Position numbers and translations under genes: made by a program. A stretch of DNA of 29,982 nt from a virus, in the UHGV virus genome UHGV-0183838, one strand, 5' to 3'. Every line of letters starts with the position of its first letter. The first letter of the stretch is position 1. The notes beneath the pieces were generated by a model. The model saw nothing but the letters and a program-made list of their open reading frames with translations. It made no database searches and was not told the origin of the DNA. Positions 16,720 to 27,322 of this stretch are shown here, in pieces.

Positions 16720-16741
16720 AACCCGCTCAGGCGGGTTTTTT
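16720..16741. terminator. Rho-independent terminator between convergent genes
   Basis: AACCCGC-tcag-GCGGGTT hairpin followed by TTTTTT. Confidence 0.5.
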
Positions 16742-16800
16742 ATTATCTGCTTTAAATATGTTATTAAAATATAAAAAATACTTGTTACGAATAAAATCAA

Positions 16801-16971
16801 TCAAGCTACAGCTTTAAGATTTGTCTGGAATACTTTGTTGCAATGAGGGCAGATCAAAAGGGCACCTTTTTGTACTCTTGAAAAACTGTGTTCTGACTCT
16901 TGGGTGCAGTTTGGGCAGGAACATTTAACGAGATAATTACGGCGTGATTTTGAGTCTTTACGTTCTGACAT
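16801..16971 (-). CDS. Small zinc-ribbon protein (hypothetical)
   Basis: 56 aa from the internal ATG at 16971; two CxxC pairs (CSCPNC ... CPHC). Confidence 0.45.
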   Translation of the reverse strand: MSERKDSKSRRNYLVKCSCPNCTQESEHSFSRVQKGALLICPHCNKVFQTNLKAVA

Positions 16972-17189
16972 AGGCTTTTCCTGTATAAATGGCCGTATAC
17001 AGTACACTAAATATGAAAACATATCTCGTATTATTATTTAATACATGATTTTCTTTTAAAATAATTACCCACATTTTTAATGTGTCTGTTTTTTAGCGCC
17101 GTTGAGAACAATGTTTGCTATAAAAACTAACCCATAGACTCCGATCTTTTCAAACATATTGCACCATCTGTGTACATCGGGGCGAGGAT

Positions 17190-17405
17190 ATGAAATCAAT
17201 GGATAAGTTAACAACAGGTATCGCCTATGGCACATCGGCTGGTAATGCTGGTTTCTGGGCATTGCAGTTACTCGATAAAGTAACTCCGTCACAGTGGGCT
17301 GCAATCGGTGTGCTGGGTAGTCTGGTTTTTGGCCTGCTGACGTATCTGACAAACCTTTATTTCAAGATTAAAGAAGACAGGCGTAAGGTTGCGAGAAGAG
17401 AGTAA
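17190..17405 (+). CDS. Class II holin (phage-21 S-like pinholin)
   Basis: 71 aa; [28 protein letters not shown]...[17 protein letters not shown] resembles S21/EssD-type holins. Confidence 0.85.
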   Translation: MKSMDKLTTGIAYGTSAGNAGFWALQLLDKVTPSQWAAIGVLGSLVFGLLTYLTNLYFKIKEDRRKVARRE

Positions 17406-17409
17406 TCCA

Positions 17410-17724
17410 ATGACACAAGACTATGAACTGGTTGTGAAAGGAGTCCGCAATTTTGAGAATAAAGTGGCGGTAACTGTAGCCTTACGGGACAAAAAACGCT
17501 TTGACGGTGAAATTTTTGACCTGGACATCTCGCTGGACCGTGTTGAAGGTGCCGCGCTTGAGTTTTATGAGGCAGCAGCGAGAAGGAGCATCAGACAGGT
17601 CTTCCTGGATGTTGCTGCCGGGTTATGTGAAGGGGACGAGCTGTTGCCAGAAACGCGACCCTGTTCAGAGGCTCGGTATACCATAAAAATTAACAGTTCA
17701 GATAACTCGATTACGGGTTGTTAG
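17410..17724 (+). CDS. Hypothetical protein inserted between holin and endolysin
   Basis: 104 aa from ATG 17410; no family recognised; weak RBS. Confidence 0.45.
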   Translation: MTQDYELVVKGVRNFENKVAVTVALRDKKRFDGEIFDLDISLDRVEGAALEFYEAAARRSIRQVFLDVAAGLCEGDELLPETRPCSEARYTIKINSSDNSITGC

Positions 17725-17779
17725 CTTTTTGCAGTTGGCTTTCCAGTATCTTTCATTGGTAGCATCCTGATAAATATCC

Positions 17780-18807
<1,028 letters not shown>

Positions 18808-19169
18808 GGTAATATTAAATCGGAACATTTACATCGCGGAATGTAAAATTTAAATAAAAAGGACTCTTCCATGAGCCAAAATTCCTGAAATCTTAAGGGT
18901 AAGATAAAAGGTCTTAATCAGAATGACACGTTTTATTAATAAATAAAGCTATTCTTTCATTGCTGTGTTTTTCTTTACAAAAGTAATCCTTGCTATGGGT
19001 GGTTAATCATGAGTTAATGGTGTTCTGGTTTGTTACAAATTTATCTGAAGCAGTCATTGTTATAATTTTATTATTTGTACCTCTTGAGATTTCCTTGTTG
19101 GTTTTTCTCTCTGATATTTTTTTTCGGACCATTCTGCCCAAGGGCTAATTTCTTCAAAAGGTAATAATT

Positions 19170-19382
19170 ATGTCTAACAAAATGACTGGTTTAGTGAAAT
19201 GGTTTAACCCTGAAAAAGGTTTTGGTTTCATCACGCCGAAAGATGGCAGCAAAGATGTGTTTGTCCATTTCTCAGCAATTCAGAGCAACGATTTCAAAAC
19301 ATTAACTGAGAATCAGGAAGTTGAATTTGGTATTGAGAACGGACCTAAAGGTCCTGCCGCTGTTCATGTAGTGGCGCTTTGA
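19170..19382 (+). CDS. cspI: Cold-shock protein CspI-like
   Basis: 70 aa; [53 protein letters not shown]...; preceded by a long ~360-bp AT-rich leader as is typical for csp genes. Confidence 0.85.
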   Translation: MSNKMTGLVKWFNPEKGFGFITPKDGSKDVFVHFSAIQSNDFKTLTENQEVEFGIENGPKGPAAVHVVAL

Positions 19383-19587
19383 GGTAGACAATATTACAAA
19401 CCATATTCACTTTAGATGCCCGTGTTGTCATGGTTCCCAGTATAGAACATCATCTTTTGATGTTTCTGACATGAATCCTTTCGGGGCAAAATGTATCTTT
19501 TGTAAATCAATGATGATTACATTTGATAATATTTCACAATACTTAAATGTTAGCCATCTGTCGTTAGATTTAAGAAAGTGAAAATGA

Positions 19588-19609
19588 AGGCTCCTTCGGG
19601 AGCTTTTTT
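19588..19609 (+). terminator. Rho-independent terminator
   Basis: AGGCTCC-ttcg-GGAGCTT hairpin followed by TTTTTT. Confidence 0.5.
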
Positions 19610-19652
19610 GCTTAGTGTCTAGTCGATGGATACTCACATATTACGGTAACAT

Positions 19653-19883
19653 ATGAAAAAAATAATAGTTTTTTTTAACTCTGAACCAGCAATGGTAGTG
19701 CCAGTGATGACCGGAGTTAACACCATCATGCGTGAATACCCAAATGGCGAAACAACACACCTCACTGTAATGGCTGCAGGGTTTCCATCTCTGACCGGAG
19801 ATCATAAAGTCATTTATGTAGCAGCGGATCGACATGTAACTTCAGAAGAAATTCTGGAAGCAGCAATGAGACTCTTGAATTGA
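19653..19883 (+). CDS. Hypothetical small protein
   Basis: 76-aa ORF with protein-like composition; no recognisable RBS. Confidence 0.45.
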   Translation: MKKIIVFFNSEPAMVVPVMTGVNTIMREYPNGETTHLTVMAAGFPSLTGDHKVIYVAADRHVTSEEILEAAMRLLN

Positions 19884-20052
19884 TTTGATTCTAATGCATT
19901 GATAATAAATGATAATCATCTTTATCTGTTTGTGTGAAATTTAGACCGTCGTATGTTGATTATTGCGATGTTTCATCTTATCTTTTATACGTTTGCTCCA
20001 TATAATTGACACTACTGTGTACCAGGAAAGTCATAACAGACTAAAAGAGGAA

Positions 20053-20229
20053 ATGATGAACATTGAAGAGTTAAAAACAAAAACAGAAGCAGATATTTCT
20101 GAATATATAACAAAAAAAATCATTGAGCTTAAGAAAAAGACCGGGAAAGAAGTTACCAGTATCCAGTTTACTGCACGGGAAAAAATGACTGGTCTTGAAA
20201 GCTATGATATCAAGATTGATTTAATCTAG
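20053..20229 (+). CDS. gnsB: GnsA/GnsB-family small protein
   Basis: 58 aa from ATG 20053; MMNIEELKTKTEADISEYITKKIIELKKKTGKEVTSIQFTAREKMTGLESYDIKIDLI resembles GnsB; AAGAGGA upstream. Confidence 0.7.
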   Translation: MMNIEELKTKTEADISEYITKKIIELKKKTGKEVTSIQFTAREKMTGLESYDIKIDLI

Positions 20230-20293
20230 TATGTTTATAGTATTAGCATCAATTTCTCATCAGATGCTATTCAACAATACAAATTACCCATAA

Positions 20294-20316
20294 ACCTCGT
20301 TTTTACGGGGTTTTGT
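20294..20316 (+). terminator. Candidate terminator downstream of the GnsB-like gene
   Basis: CCTCG-ttttta-CGGGG hairpin (one G-U pair) followed by TTTTGTT. Confidence 0.35.
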
Positions 20317-20524
20317 TATATTTAAACATTACCGAATAGATATAAATCTCGATTGTCGATGGTATTGGTTGTGTGACAATACCTAGTCTTTCCGGTATGC
20401 CTGAAGAGAATACAAACGACAGATTATGTAAGGGAAACGCGCTGAAACTTTCACTCTTTCATGCTGAGTGATTTGACGTTATATTTTTAGCCGCAAGTGA
20501 AGAGCAAACGAATGGAGCGACAAA

Positions 20525-20731
20525 ATGCATAAAGATCAATACATTGATACCCCCTCCCAGGAGCAGGTTCGTGTAAAAACTATGCTTAATAGCACCATTT
20601 CGATGGGTTACCCGGATGTTGTAATTGCATGTATAGAACATCAAGTATCTCTGGAAGCATTCAGGGCAATTGAGGCCGCGTTAGTAAAGCACGATAAGAA
20701 TACGAAGGATTATTCCCTGTTGGTTGACTGA
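20525..20731 (+). CDS. Hypothetical small protein
   Basis: 68 aa; ATG preceded by GGAG 7 nt upstream. Confidence 0.5.
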   Translation: MHKDQYIDTPSQEQVRVKTMLNSTISMGYPDVVIACIEHQVSLEAFRAIEAALVKHDKNTKDYSLLVD

Positions 20732-20981
20732 TCACCATAACTGCTAACCATTCTGACCATTTCACAAGTGACAGAGTCAATATCGTATTCTGTCACTGTC
20801 AGGCTAATACAGTACTGCAATTCAACTACAGCAATGCCTCGTATTTAGGTGAATTTACAATATCGTTCTATTCGGATACCAACTGCATTTCTGAAGATAA
20901 GGCATTTATGGCTCACATATTGGTCCCTCACGCTCGCCAGTTCTGTGCGGGAAGGGAGGGAAGGTAAAGAAACCGGGATGT

Positions 20982-21176
20982 TCATCCATCATCACTCTGG
21001 ATTGATGTATATGCTCTCTTTTCTGACGTTAGTCTCCGACGGCAGGCTTCAATGACCCAGGCTGAGAAATTCCCGGACCCTTTTTGCTCAAGAGCGATGT
21101 TAATTTGTTCAATCATTTGGTTAGGAAAGCGGATGTTGCGGGTTGTTGTTCTGCGGGTTCTGTTCTTCGTTGACAT
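20982..21176 (-). CDS. YlcI/YnfO-family small protein (ribbon-helix-helix-like)
   Basis: 64 aa; TTTRNIRFPNQMIEQINIALEQKGSGNFSAWVIEACRRRL resembles prophage YlcI-type proteins. Confidence 0.6.
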   Translation of the reverse strand: MSTKNRTRRTTTRNIRFPNQMIEQINIALEQKGSGNFSAWVIEACRRRLTSEKRAYTSIQSDDG

Positions 21177-21375
21177 GAGGTTGCCCCGTATTCAGTGTCG
21201 CTGATTTGTATTGTCTGAAGTTGTTTTTACGTTAAGTTGATGCAGATCAATTAATACGATACCTGCGTCATAATTGATTATTTGACGTGGTTTGATGGCG
21301 TAGATGCACGTTGTGACATGTAGATGATAATTATTATCATTTTGCGGGTCCTTTCCGGCGATCCGACAGGTTACG

Positions 21376-21387
21376 GGGCGGCGACCT
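21376..21387. other. cosN cohesive-end site (lambda-type), with flanking cosQ/cosB region about 21240-21560
   Basis: GGGCGGCGACCT at 21376-21387 is the lambda 12-nt cohesive end, in the context ...gacaggttacgGGGCGGCGACCTcgcggtttttcactatttatgaaaattt, about 180 bp upstream of Nu1. Confidence 0.8.
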
Positions 21388-21563
21388 CGCGGTTTTTCAC
21401 TATTTATGAAAATTTTTCAGGGAAAATCGTGTCGGTACTTCTCGAATATAACTTTTTGTTTTTTTTAATATTGCATCCGTAAAGGTCCGACATGAAAGTG
21501 TCCGAAAATGCCTTTTTCTGGCGTTTTCATGTCGGGCCTTGTATTTGATAATGGGTTGTTTTC

Positions 21564-22112
21564 ATGAAGGTTAATAAAAAGAGGCTTGCCGAAATTTTCA
21601 ACGTGGACCCGCGGACGATTGAACGCTGGCAGTCTCAGGGACTCCCTTGCGCCTCCAAAGGTAGTAAGGGCATTGAATCTGTATTTGATACTGCCATGGC
21701 AATTCAGTGGTATGCGCAGAGGGAAACTGATATCGAAAACGAAAAGCTCCGCAAAGAACTGGACGATTTGCGTGCGGCAGCGGAGTCAGATTTACAACCC
21801 GGCACCATTGACTATGAACGCTACCGGCTCACAAAAGCGCAGGCAGATGCGCAGGAACTGAAAAATGCCCGTGAAGACGGAGTAGTGCTGGAAACTGAAC
21901 TGTTTACCTTCATTCTGCAACGTGTGGCACAGGAGATTTCGGGGATACTTGTGCGTGTGCCGTTGACATTACAGCGTAAATATCCGGACATTTCACCATC
22001 ACACCTTGATGTGGTGAAAACTGAAATCGCGAAAGCCTCCAATGTTGCAGCTAAGGCCGGTGAAAACGTGGGCGGGTGGATCGATGATTTCAGACGCGCA
22101 GAAGGCAGCTAA
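21564..22112 (+). CDS. nu1: Terminase small subunit (lambda Nu1-like)
   Basis: 182 aa; [28 protein letters not shown] ... [48 protein letters not shown] closely parallels lambda Nu1. Confidence 0.9.
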
Positions 22113-24012
22113 TGCAGCCGGTGCGATAGCTACAGGGCTTTTATCTCTCATTATTCCTGTTCCACTGACGACAGTTCAGTGGGCCAATAAACATTATTAC
22201 CTTCCTAAAGAGTCGTCTTATACCCCGGGGCGGTGGGAAACACTGCCGTTTCAGGTTGGCATCATGAACTGTATGGGCAACGATCTGATTCGCACGGTTA
22301 ACCTGATTAAATCTGCCCGTGTTGGTTATACAAAGATGTTGCTGGGAGTGGAGGCTTATTTTATTGAGCATAAATCACGCAACAGCCTTCTTTTTCAGCC
22401 CACGGACTCAGCTGCTGAAGATTTTATGAAATCTCATGTTGAGCCAACGATAAGGGATGTTCCTGCATTGCTGGAGCTGGCTCCATGGTTCGGAAGAAAA
22501 CACCGCGATAATACGCTCACCCTGAAGCGTTTTTCCTCCGGTGTGGGGTTCTGGTGTCTGGGTGGTGCGGCAGCAAAAAACTACCGTGAAAAATCCGTGG
22601 ATGTGGTCTGTTATGACGAGCTTTCCTCGTTCGAACCGGATGTTGAAAAAGAGGGTTCGCCAACCCTGCTGGGGGATAAACGTATTGAGGGCTCTGTATG
22701 GCCAAAATCCATTCGCGGCTCGACGCCTAAAATCAAAGGCTCCTGCCAGATCGAAAAAGCCGCTAACGAGTCGGCACACTTCATGCGTTTTTATGTGCCC
22801 TGTCCGCACTGTGGGGAGGAGCAGTATCTGAAATTTGGCGATGATGCCTCGCCTTTCGGTCTTAAGTGGGAGAAGAATAAGCCAGAAAGTGTTTTCTACC
22901 TTTGTGAGCATCATGGCTGTGTGATCCATCAGTCTGAGCTTGACCAGAGTAACGGGCGGTGGATCTGTGAAAACACGGGCATGTGGACCCGTGACGGCCT
23001 GATGTTTTTCAGCGCCCGGGGTGATGAAATTCCGCCGCCGCGCTCCATCACTTTCCATATCTGGACGGCGTACAGTCCGTTCACCACCTGGGTACAGATT
23101 GTCTATGACTGGCTGGATGCACTGAAAGATCCCAACGGCCTGAAAACCTTTGTGAACACCACGCTGGGCGAGACCTGGGAAGAGGCTGTGGGCGAAAAAC
23201 TCGATCACCAGGTGCTGATGGATAAGGTTGTGCGTTACACGGCGGCGGTGCCTGCCCGGGTGGTTTATCTGACGGCGGGCATTGACTCGCAGCGAAACCG
23301 TTTTGAGATGTATGTCTGGGGATGGGCTCCGGGAGAGGAAGCCTTTCTGGTGGATAAAATCATCATTATGGGGCGTCCCGATGAGGAAGAGACGCTGTTA
23401 CGTGTGGATGCGGCGATCAACAAAAAATACCGCCATGCAGACGGAACCGAAATGACTATTTCCCGTGTCTGCTGGGACATCGGGGGGATCGATGGCGAAA
23501 TCGTTTATCAGAGGTCAAAAAAACACGGTGTTTTCCGGGTGCTGCCGGTAAAAGGCGCATCTGTCTATGGCAAGCCGGTGATCACCATGCCAAAAACCCG
23601 CAATCAGCGGGGCGTGTATCTGTGTGAAGTGGGGACGGACACCGCAAAAGAAATTCTCTATGCCCGTATGAAAGCCGATCCCACGCCTGTGGATGAAGCC
23701 ACGTCGTATGCCATCCGTTTTCCTGATGATCCGGAGATTTTTTCGCAGACAGAGGCGCAGCAACTGGTCGCGGAAGAGCTTGTGGAGAAGTGGGAAAAAG
23801 GAAAGATGCGTCTGCTGTGGGATAACAAAAAGCGGCGTAACGAAGCGCTGGACTGCCTGGTGTATGCCTACGCGGCATTACGTGTGTCCGTGCAACGCTG
23901 GCAGCTTGATCTGGCTGTACTGGCAAAATCCCGGGAAGAAGAGACGACCCGGCCAACCCTTAAAGAACTGGCAGCGAAGCTGTCCGGAGGAGTGAATGGT
24001 TACAGTCGCTGA
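22084..24012 (+). CDS. A: Terminase large subunit (lambda gpA-like)
   Basis: 642 aa from ATG 22084 (overlaps the Nu1 3' end as in lambda); extensive resemblance to gpA ([23 protein letters not shown]..., [42 protein letters not shown]). Confidence 0.9.
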
Positions 24013-24202
24013 ACTGCAGGCGCTGCGTCAGGCGCGCCTTGATTTATTAACCGGTAAACGGGTGGTGTCTGTCCAGAAAGATGGTCGCAGAATTGAATAT
24101 ACGGCGGCTTCTCTGGATGAGCTTAACCGGGCGATCAATGATGCGGAGTCGGTACTGGGGACAACCCGGTGTCGCCGTCGTCCGCTGGGAGTGAGATTAT
24201 GA
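23996..24202 (+). CDS. W: Head-tail joining protein (lambda gpW-like)
   Basis: 68 aa; LLTGKRVVSVQKDGRRIEYTAASLDEL parallels lambda W; GGAGGAG upstream. Confidence 0.85.
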   Translation: MVTVAELQALRQARLDLLTGKRVVSVQKDGRRIEYTAASLDELNRAINDAESVLGTTRCRRRPLGVRL

Positions 24203-25791
24203 AACGAACGCCTGTCCTGATTGATGTGAACGGCGTTCCGCTTCGTGAGAGTCTCAGCTACAACGGGGGCGGTGCAGGATTTGGCGGGCAAATGGCTGAG
24301 TGGTTGCCACCGGCGCAGAGTGCCGATGCGGCCCTGCTGCCCGCGTTGCGTCTGGGGAATGCCCGGGCAGATGATCTGGTGCGCAATAACGGAATAGCGG
24401 CTAATGCGGTGGCTCTGCATAAGGATCACATTGTCGGGCATATGTTTCTGATCAGCTACCGTCCGAACTGGCGCTGGCTGGGGATGCGGGAGACCGCAGC
24501 AAAAAGCTTTGTCGATGAGGTGGAGGCGGCCTGGTCGGAATACGCCGAAGGGATGTTTGGCGAGATCGACGTGGAAGGAAAACGCACGTTCACGGAATTT
24601 ATCCGTGAAGGTGTGGGCGTTCATGCGTTTAACGGCGAAATCTTTGTGCAGCCGGTCTGGGATACGGAAACCACGCAGTTATTCCGTACGCGTTTTAAAG
24701 CCGTGAGTCCGAAACGGGTGGACACGCCTGGACACGGTATGGGGAACCGTTTTCTGCGGGCCGGTGTGGAGGTCGATCGATATGGCCGTGCCGTCGCGTA
24801 CCATATCTGTGAGGATGATTTTCCGTTCTCTGGTAGTGGACGATGGGAACGGATCCCGCGTGAACTTCCCACCGGGCGTCCGGCCATGCTGCATATTTTC
24901 GAGCCGGTGGAGGACGGGCAGACCCGTGGGGCTAATCAGTTTTACAGCGTCATGGAACGGCTGAAGATGCTCGATTCCCTGCAGGCAACACAGCTTCAGT
25001 CGGCCATAGTGAAGGCGATGTATGCAGCGACGATTGAAAGTGAACTTGATACCGAAAAGGCCTTTGAATATATCGCCGGCGCGCCACAGGAGCAGAAGGA
25101 TAATCCGCTTATTAATATTCTGGAGAAGTTTTCCAGCTGGTATGACACGAATAACGTGACACTGGGCGGTGTCAAAATTCCGCACCTTTTCCCTGGTGAT
25201 GATCTGAAACTACAGACTGCGCAGGATTCAGACAATGGATTTTCTGCGCTTGAACAGGCGCTGCTGCGGTATATCGCCGCCGGTCTTGGCGTTTCCTACG
25301 AACAGTTGTCCCGTGATTACTCGAAGGTCAGTTACTCAAGTGCCCGCGCCTCCGCCAATGAGTCGTGGCGCTATTTTATGGGGCGGCGAAAATTTATTGC
25401 GGCCCGGCTGGCCACGCAGATGTTTTCCTGCTGGCTGGAAGAGGCACTTCTTCGGGGGATTATTCGTCCGCCACGGGCACGTTTTGATTTTTATCAGGCG
25501 CGATCAGCCTGGTCACGGGCAGAGTGGATTGGTGCCGGAAGAATGGCCATTGACGGGCTCAAGGAAGTCCAGGAATCAGTGATGCGCATTGAGGCCGGAC
25601 TGAGCACGTATGAGAAAGAGCTGGCGCTGATGGGCGAGGATTATCAGGACATTTTCCGCCAGCAGGTCAGGGAATCTGCTGAGCGGCAAAAAGCCGGACT
25701 CTCACGTCCGGTGTGGATAGCGCAGGCGTATCAGCAGCAGATAGCGGAGAGTCGTAGGCCGGAAGAGGAGACAACACCACGTGAGACGTAA
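24199..25791 (+). CDS. B: Portal protein (lambda gpB-like)
   Basis: 530 aa from ATG 24199 (ATGA overlap with the W stop); lambda gene order and size. Confidence 0.9.
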   Translation: MKRTPVLIDVNGVPLRESLSYNGGGAGFGGQMAEWLPPAQSADAALLPALRLGNARADDLVRNNGIAANAVALHKDHIVGHMFLISYRPNWRWLGMRETAAKSFVDEVEAAWSEYAEGMFGEIDVEGKRTFTEFIREGVGVHAFNGEIFVQPVWDTETTQLFRTRFKAVSPKRVDTPGHGMGNRFLRAGVEVDRYGRAVAYHICEDDFPFSGSGRWERIPRELPTGRPAMLHIFEPVEDGQTRGANQFYSVMERLKMLDSLQATQLQSAIVKAMYAATIESELDTEKAFEYIAGAPQEQKDNPLINILEKFSSWYDTNNVTLGGVKIPHLFPGDDLKLQTAQDSDNGFSALEQALLRYIAAGLGVSYEQLSRDYSKVSYSSARASANESWRYFMGRRKFIAARLATQMFSCWLEEALLRGIIRPPRARFDFYQARSAWSRAEWIGAGRMAIDGLKEVQESVMRIEAGLSTYEKELALMGEDYQDIFRQQVRESAERQKAGLSRPVWIAQAYQQQIAESRRPEEETTPRET

Positions 25792-27286
25792 TCTTTCACA
25801 CATTATTGCCGCAGCATTCAATGAACCGCTGCTTCTGGAGCCCGCCTATGCGCGGGTTTTCTTTTGCGCGCTCGGGCGCGAGATGGGGGCAGCAAGTCTT
25901 TCGGTACCACAACAGCAGGTACAGTTTGATGCTCTCGGAATGCTGGCTGAAACGGACGAGTACATGGCCGGAGGTAAACGACCGGCCCGTGTTTACAGGG
26001 TGGTGAACGGTATTGCTGTACTGCCGGTGACCGGCACGCTGGTGCACCGGCTGGGTGGTATGCGGCCATTTTCCGGAATGACAGGCTATGACGGTATTGT
26101 CTCCTGTCTTCAGCAGGCAATGGCGGATAGCCAGGTGCGGGGCGTACTGCTGGACATTGACAGTCCGGGCGGGCAGGCCGCCGGCGCGTTTGACTGCGCT
26201 GACATGATTTACCGCCTCCGTCAGCAGAAGCCGGTCTGGGCACTGTGCAATGACACGGCCTGTTCTGCAGCCATGCTGCTGGCGTCGGCCTGCTCCCGAC
26301 GGCTGGTTACCCAGACATCCCGTATCGGTTCCATTGGCGTGATGATGAGCCATGTCAGCTATGCCGGTCATCTGGCGCAGGCCGGTGTGGATATCACGCT
26401 GATTTACTCAGGGGCGCACAAGGTGGATGGCAATCAGTTTGAAGCGTTGCCGGCAGAGGTTCGCCAGGACATGCAGCAGCGGATTGATGCGGCGCGCCGG
26501 ATGTTTGCCGAAAAAGTGGCGATGTTTACCGGTCTGTCTGTTGATGCAGTCACGGGAACAGAGGCCGCTGTTTTTGAAGGTCAGTCCGGCATTGAGGCCG
26601 GGCTGGCGGATGAATTAATCAATGCGTCGGATGCCATCAGTGTGATGGCCACGGCGCTGAACAGTAATGTCAGAGGAGGCACTATGCCGCAATTAACTGC
26701 AACGGAAGCCGCCGCGCAGGAGAACCAGCGAGTGATGGGGATCCTGACATGCCAGGAAGCGAAAGGACGTGAACAGCTTGCCACGATGCTGGCAGGACAA
26801 CAGGGCATGAGCGTTGAACAGGCCCGGGCGATTCTGGCCGCGGCGGCACCGCAGCAGCCGGTGGCATCCACGCAGAGTGAAGCCGATCGCATTATGGCGT
26901 GTGAAGAAGCGAACGGTCGTGAACAACTGGCGGCAACGCTGGCGGCGATGCCGGAGATGACGGTGGAAAAAGCCCGCCCGATCCTGGCTGCTTCACCGCA
27001 GGCGGATGCCGGACCATCACTCCGTGATCAGATCATGGCACTGGATGAGGCAAAAGGGGCTGAGGTGCAGGCTGAACAGCTGGCTGCCTGCCCGGGAATA
27101 ACTGTGGAGTGCGCCCGGGCTGTGCTGGCTGCGGGATCAGGTAAGGCAGAACCGGTCTCTGCATCCACAACCGCCATGTTTGAACATTTCATGGCGAACC
27201 ATTCACCGGCAGCGGTACAGGGTGGCGTGCCACAGACGTCAGCAGACGGTGATGCGGACGTGAAAATGCTCATGGCCATGCCATGA
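25781..27286 (+). CDS. C: Head maturation protease/scaffold (lambda gpC-like, S49/ClpP-type)
   Basis: 501 aa; N-terminal region parallels lambda C (FNEPLLLEPAYARVFFCAL, NGIAVLPVTGTLV, KPVWALCND, RLVTQTSRIGSIGVMM); GTG start overlapping the portal stop. Confidence 0.85.
   Translation: MRRNLSHIIAAAFNEPLLLEPAYARVFFCALGREMGAASLSVPQQQVQFDALGMLAETDEYMAGGKRPARVYRVVNGIAVLPVTGTLVHRLGGMRPFSGMTGYDGIVSCLQQAMADSQVRGVLLDIDSPGGQAAGAFDCADMIYRLRQQKPVWALCNDTACSAAMLLASACSRRLVTQTSRIGSIGVMMSHVSYAGHLAQAGVDITLIYSGAHKVDGNQFEALPAEVRQDMQQRIDAARRMFAEKVAMFTGLSVDAVTGTEAAVFEGQSGIEAGLADELINASDAISVMATALNSNVRGGTMPQLTATEAAAQENQRVMGILTCQEAKGREQLATMLAGQQGMSVEQARAILAAAAPQQPVASTQSEADRIMACEEANGREQLAATLAAMPEMTVEKARPILAASPQADAGPSLRDQIMALDEAKGAEVQAEQLAACPGITVECARAVLAAGSGKAEPVSASTTAMFEHFMANHSPAAVQGGVPQTSADGDADVKMLMAMP
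26684..27286 (+). CDS. Candidate nested in-frame scaffold protein (Nu3-like) within the 3' part of C
   Basis: Internal in-frame ATG at 26684 preceded by GAGGAGG (26674-26680); the downstream region encodes three ~35-aa repeats. In lambda, Nu3 is produced from an internal start in C. Confidence 0.4.
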   Translation: MPQLTATEAAAQENQRVMGILTCQEAKGREQLATMLAGQQGMSVEQARAILAAAAPQQPVASTQSEADRIMACEEANGREQLAATLAAMPEMTVEKARPILAASPQADAGPSLRDQIMALDEAKGAEVQAEQLAACPGITVECARAVLAAGSGKAEPVSASTTAMFEHFMANHSPAAVQGGVPQTSADGDADVKMLMAMP

Positions 27287-27322
27287 AGCCAGTGCTGACC
27301 ATCAATAGGAGGTTTTTACAAT

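Noticed and set aside
19428-19637. 69-aa minus-strand ORF downstream of cspI
   Set aside because: Antisense to the zinc-ribbon-like frame and spans the plus-strand terminator hairpin; no RBS.
20849-21055. 68-aa plus-strand ORF
   Set aside because: Overlaps the better-supported YlcI-like gene on the opposite strand.
22141-23956. Antisense ORFs up to 266 aa inside the terminase large subunit gene
   Set aside because: The plus-strand gene matches lambda gpA along its whole length; antisense frames are Arg/Pro-rich artefacts of GC-rich coding DNA.
26740-27140. Possible repeat array (considered as CRISPR-like or VNTR)
   Set aside because: The repeats are about 105 bp, diverged at the DNA level, in frame and coding; they are protein repeats within gene C, not a CRISPR array. 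No CRISPR repeat-spacer structure was seen anywhere in the window.
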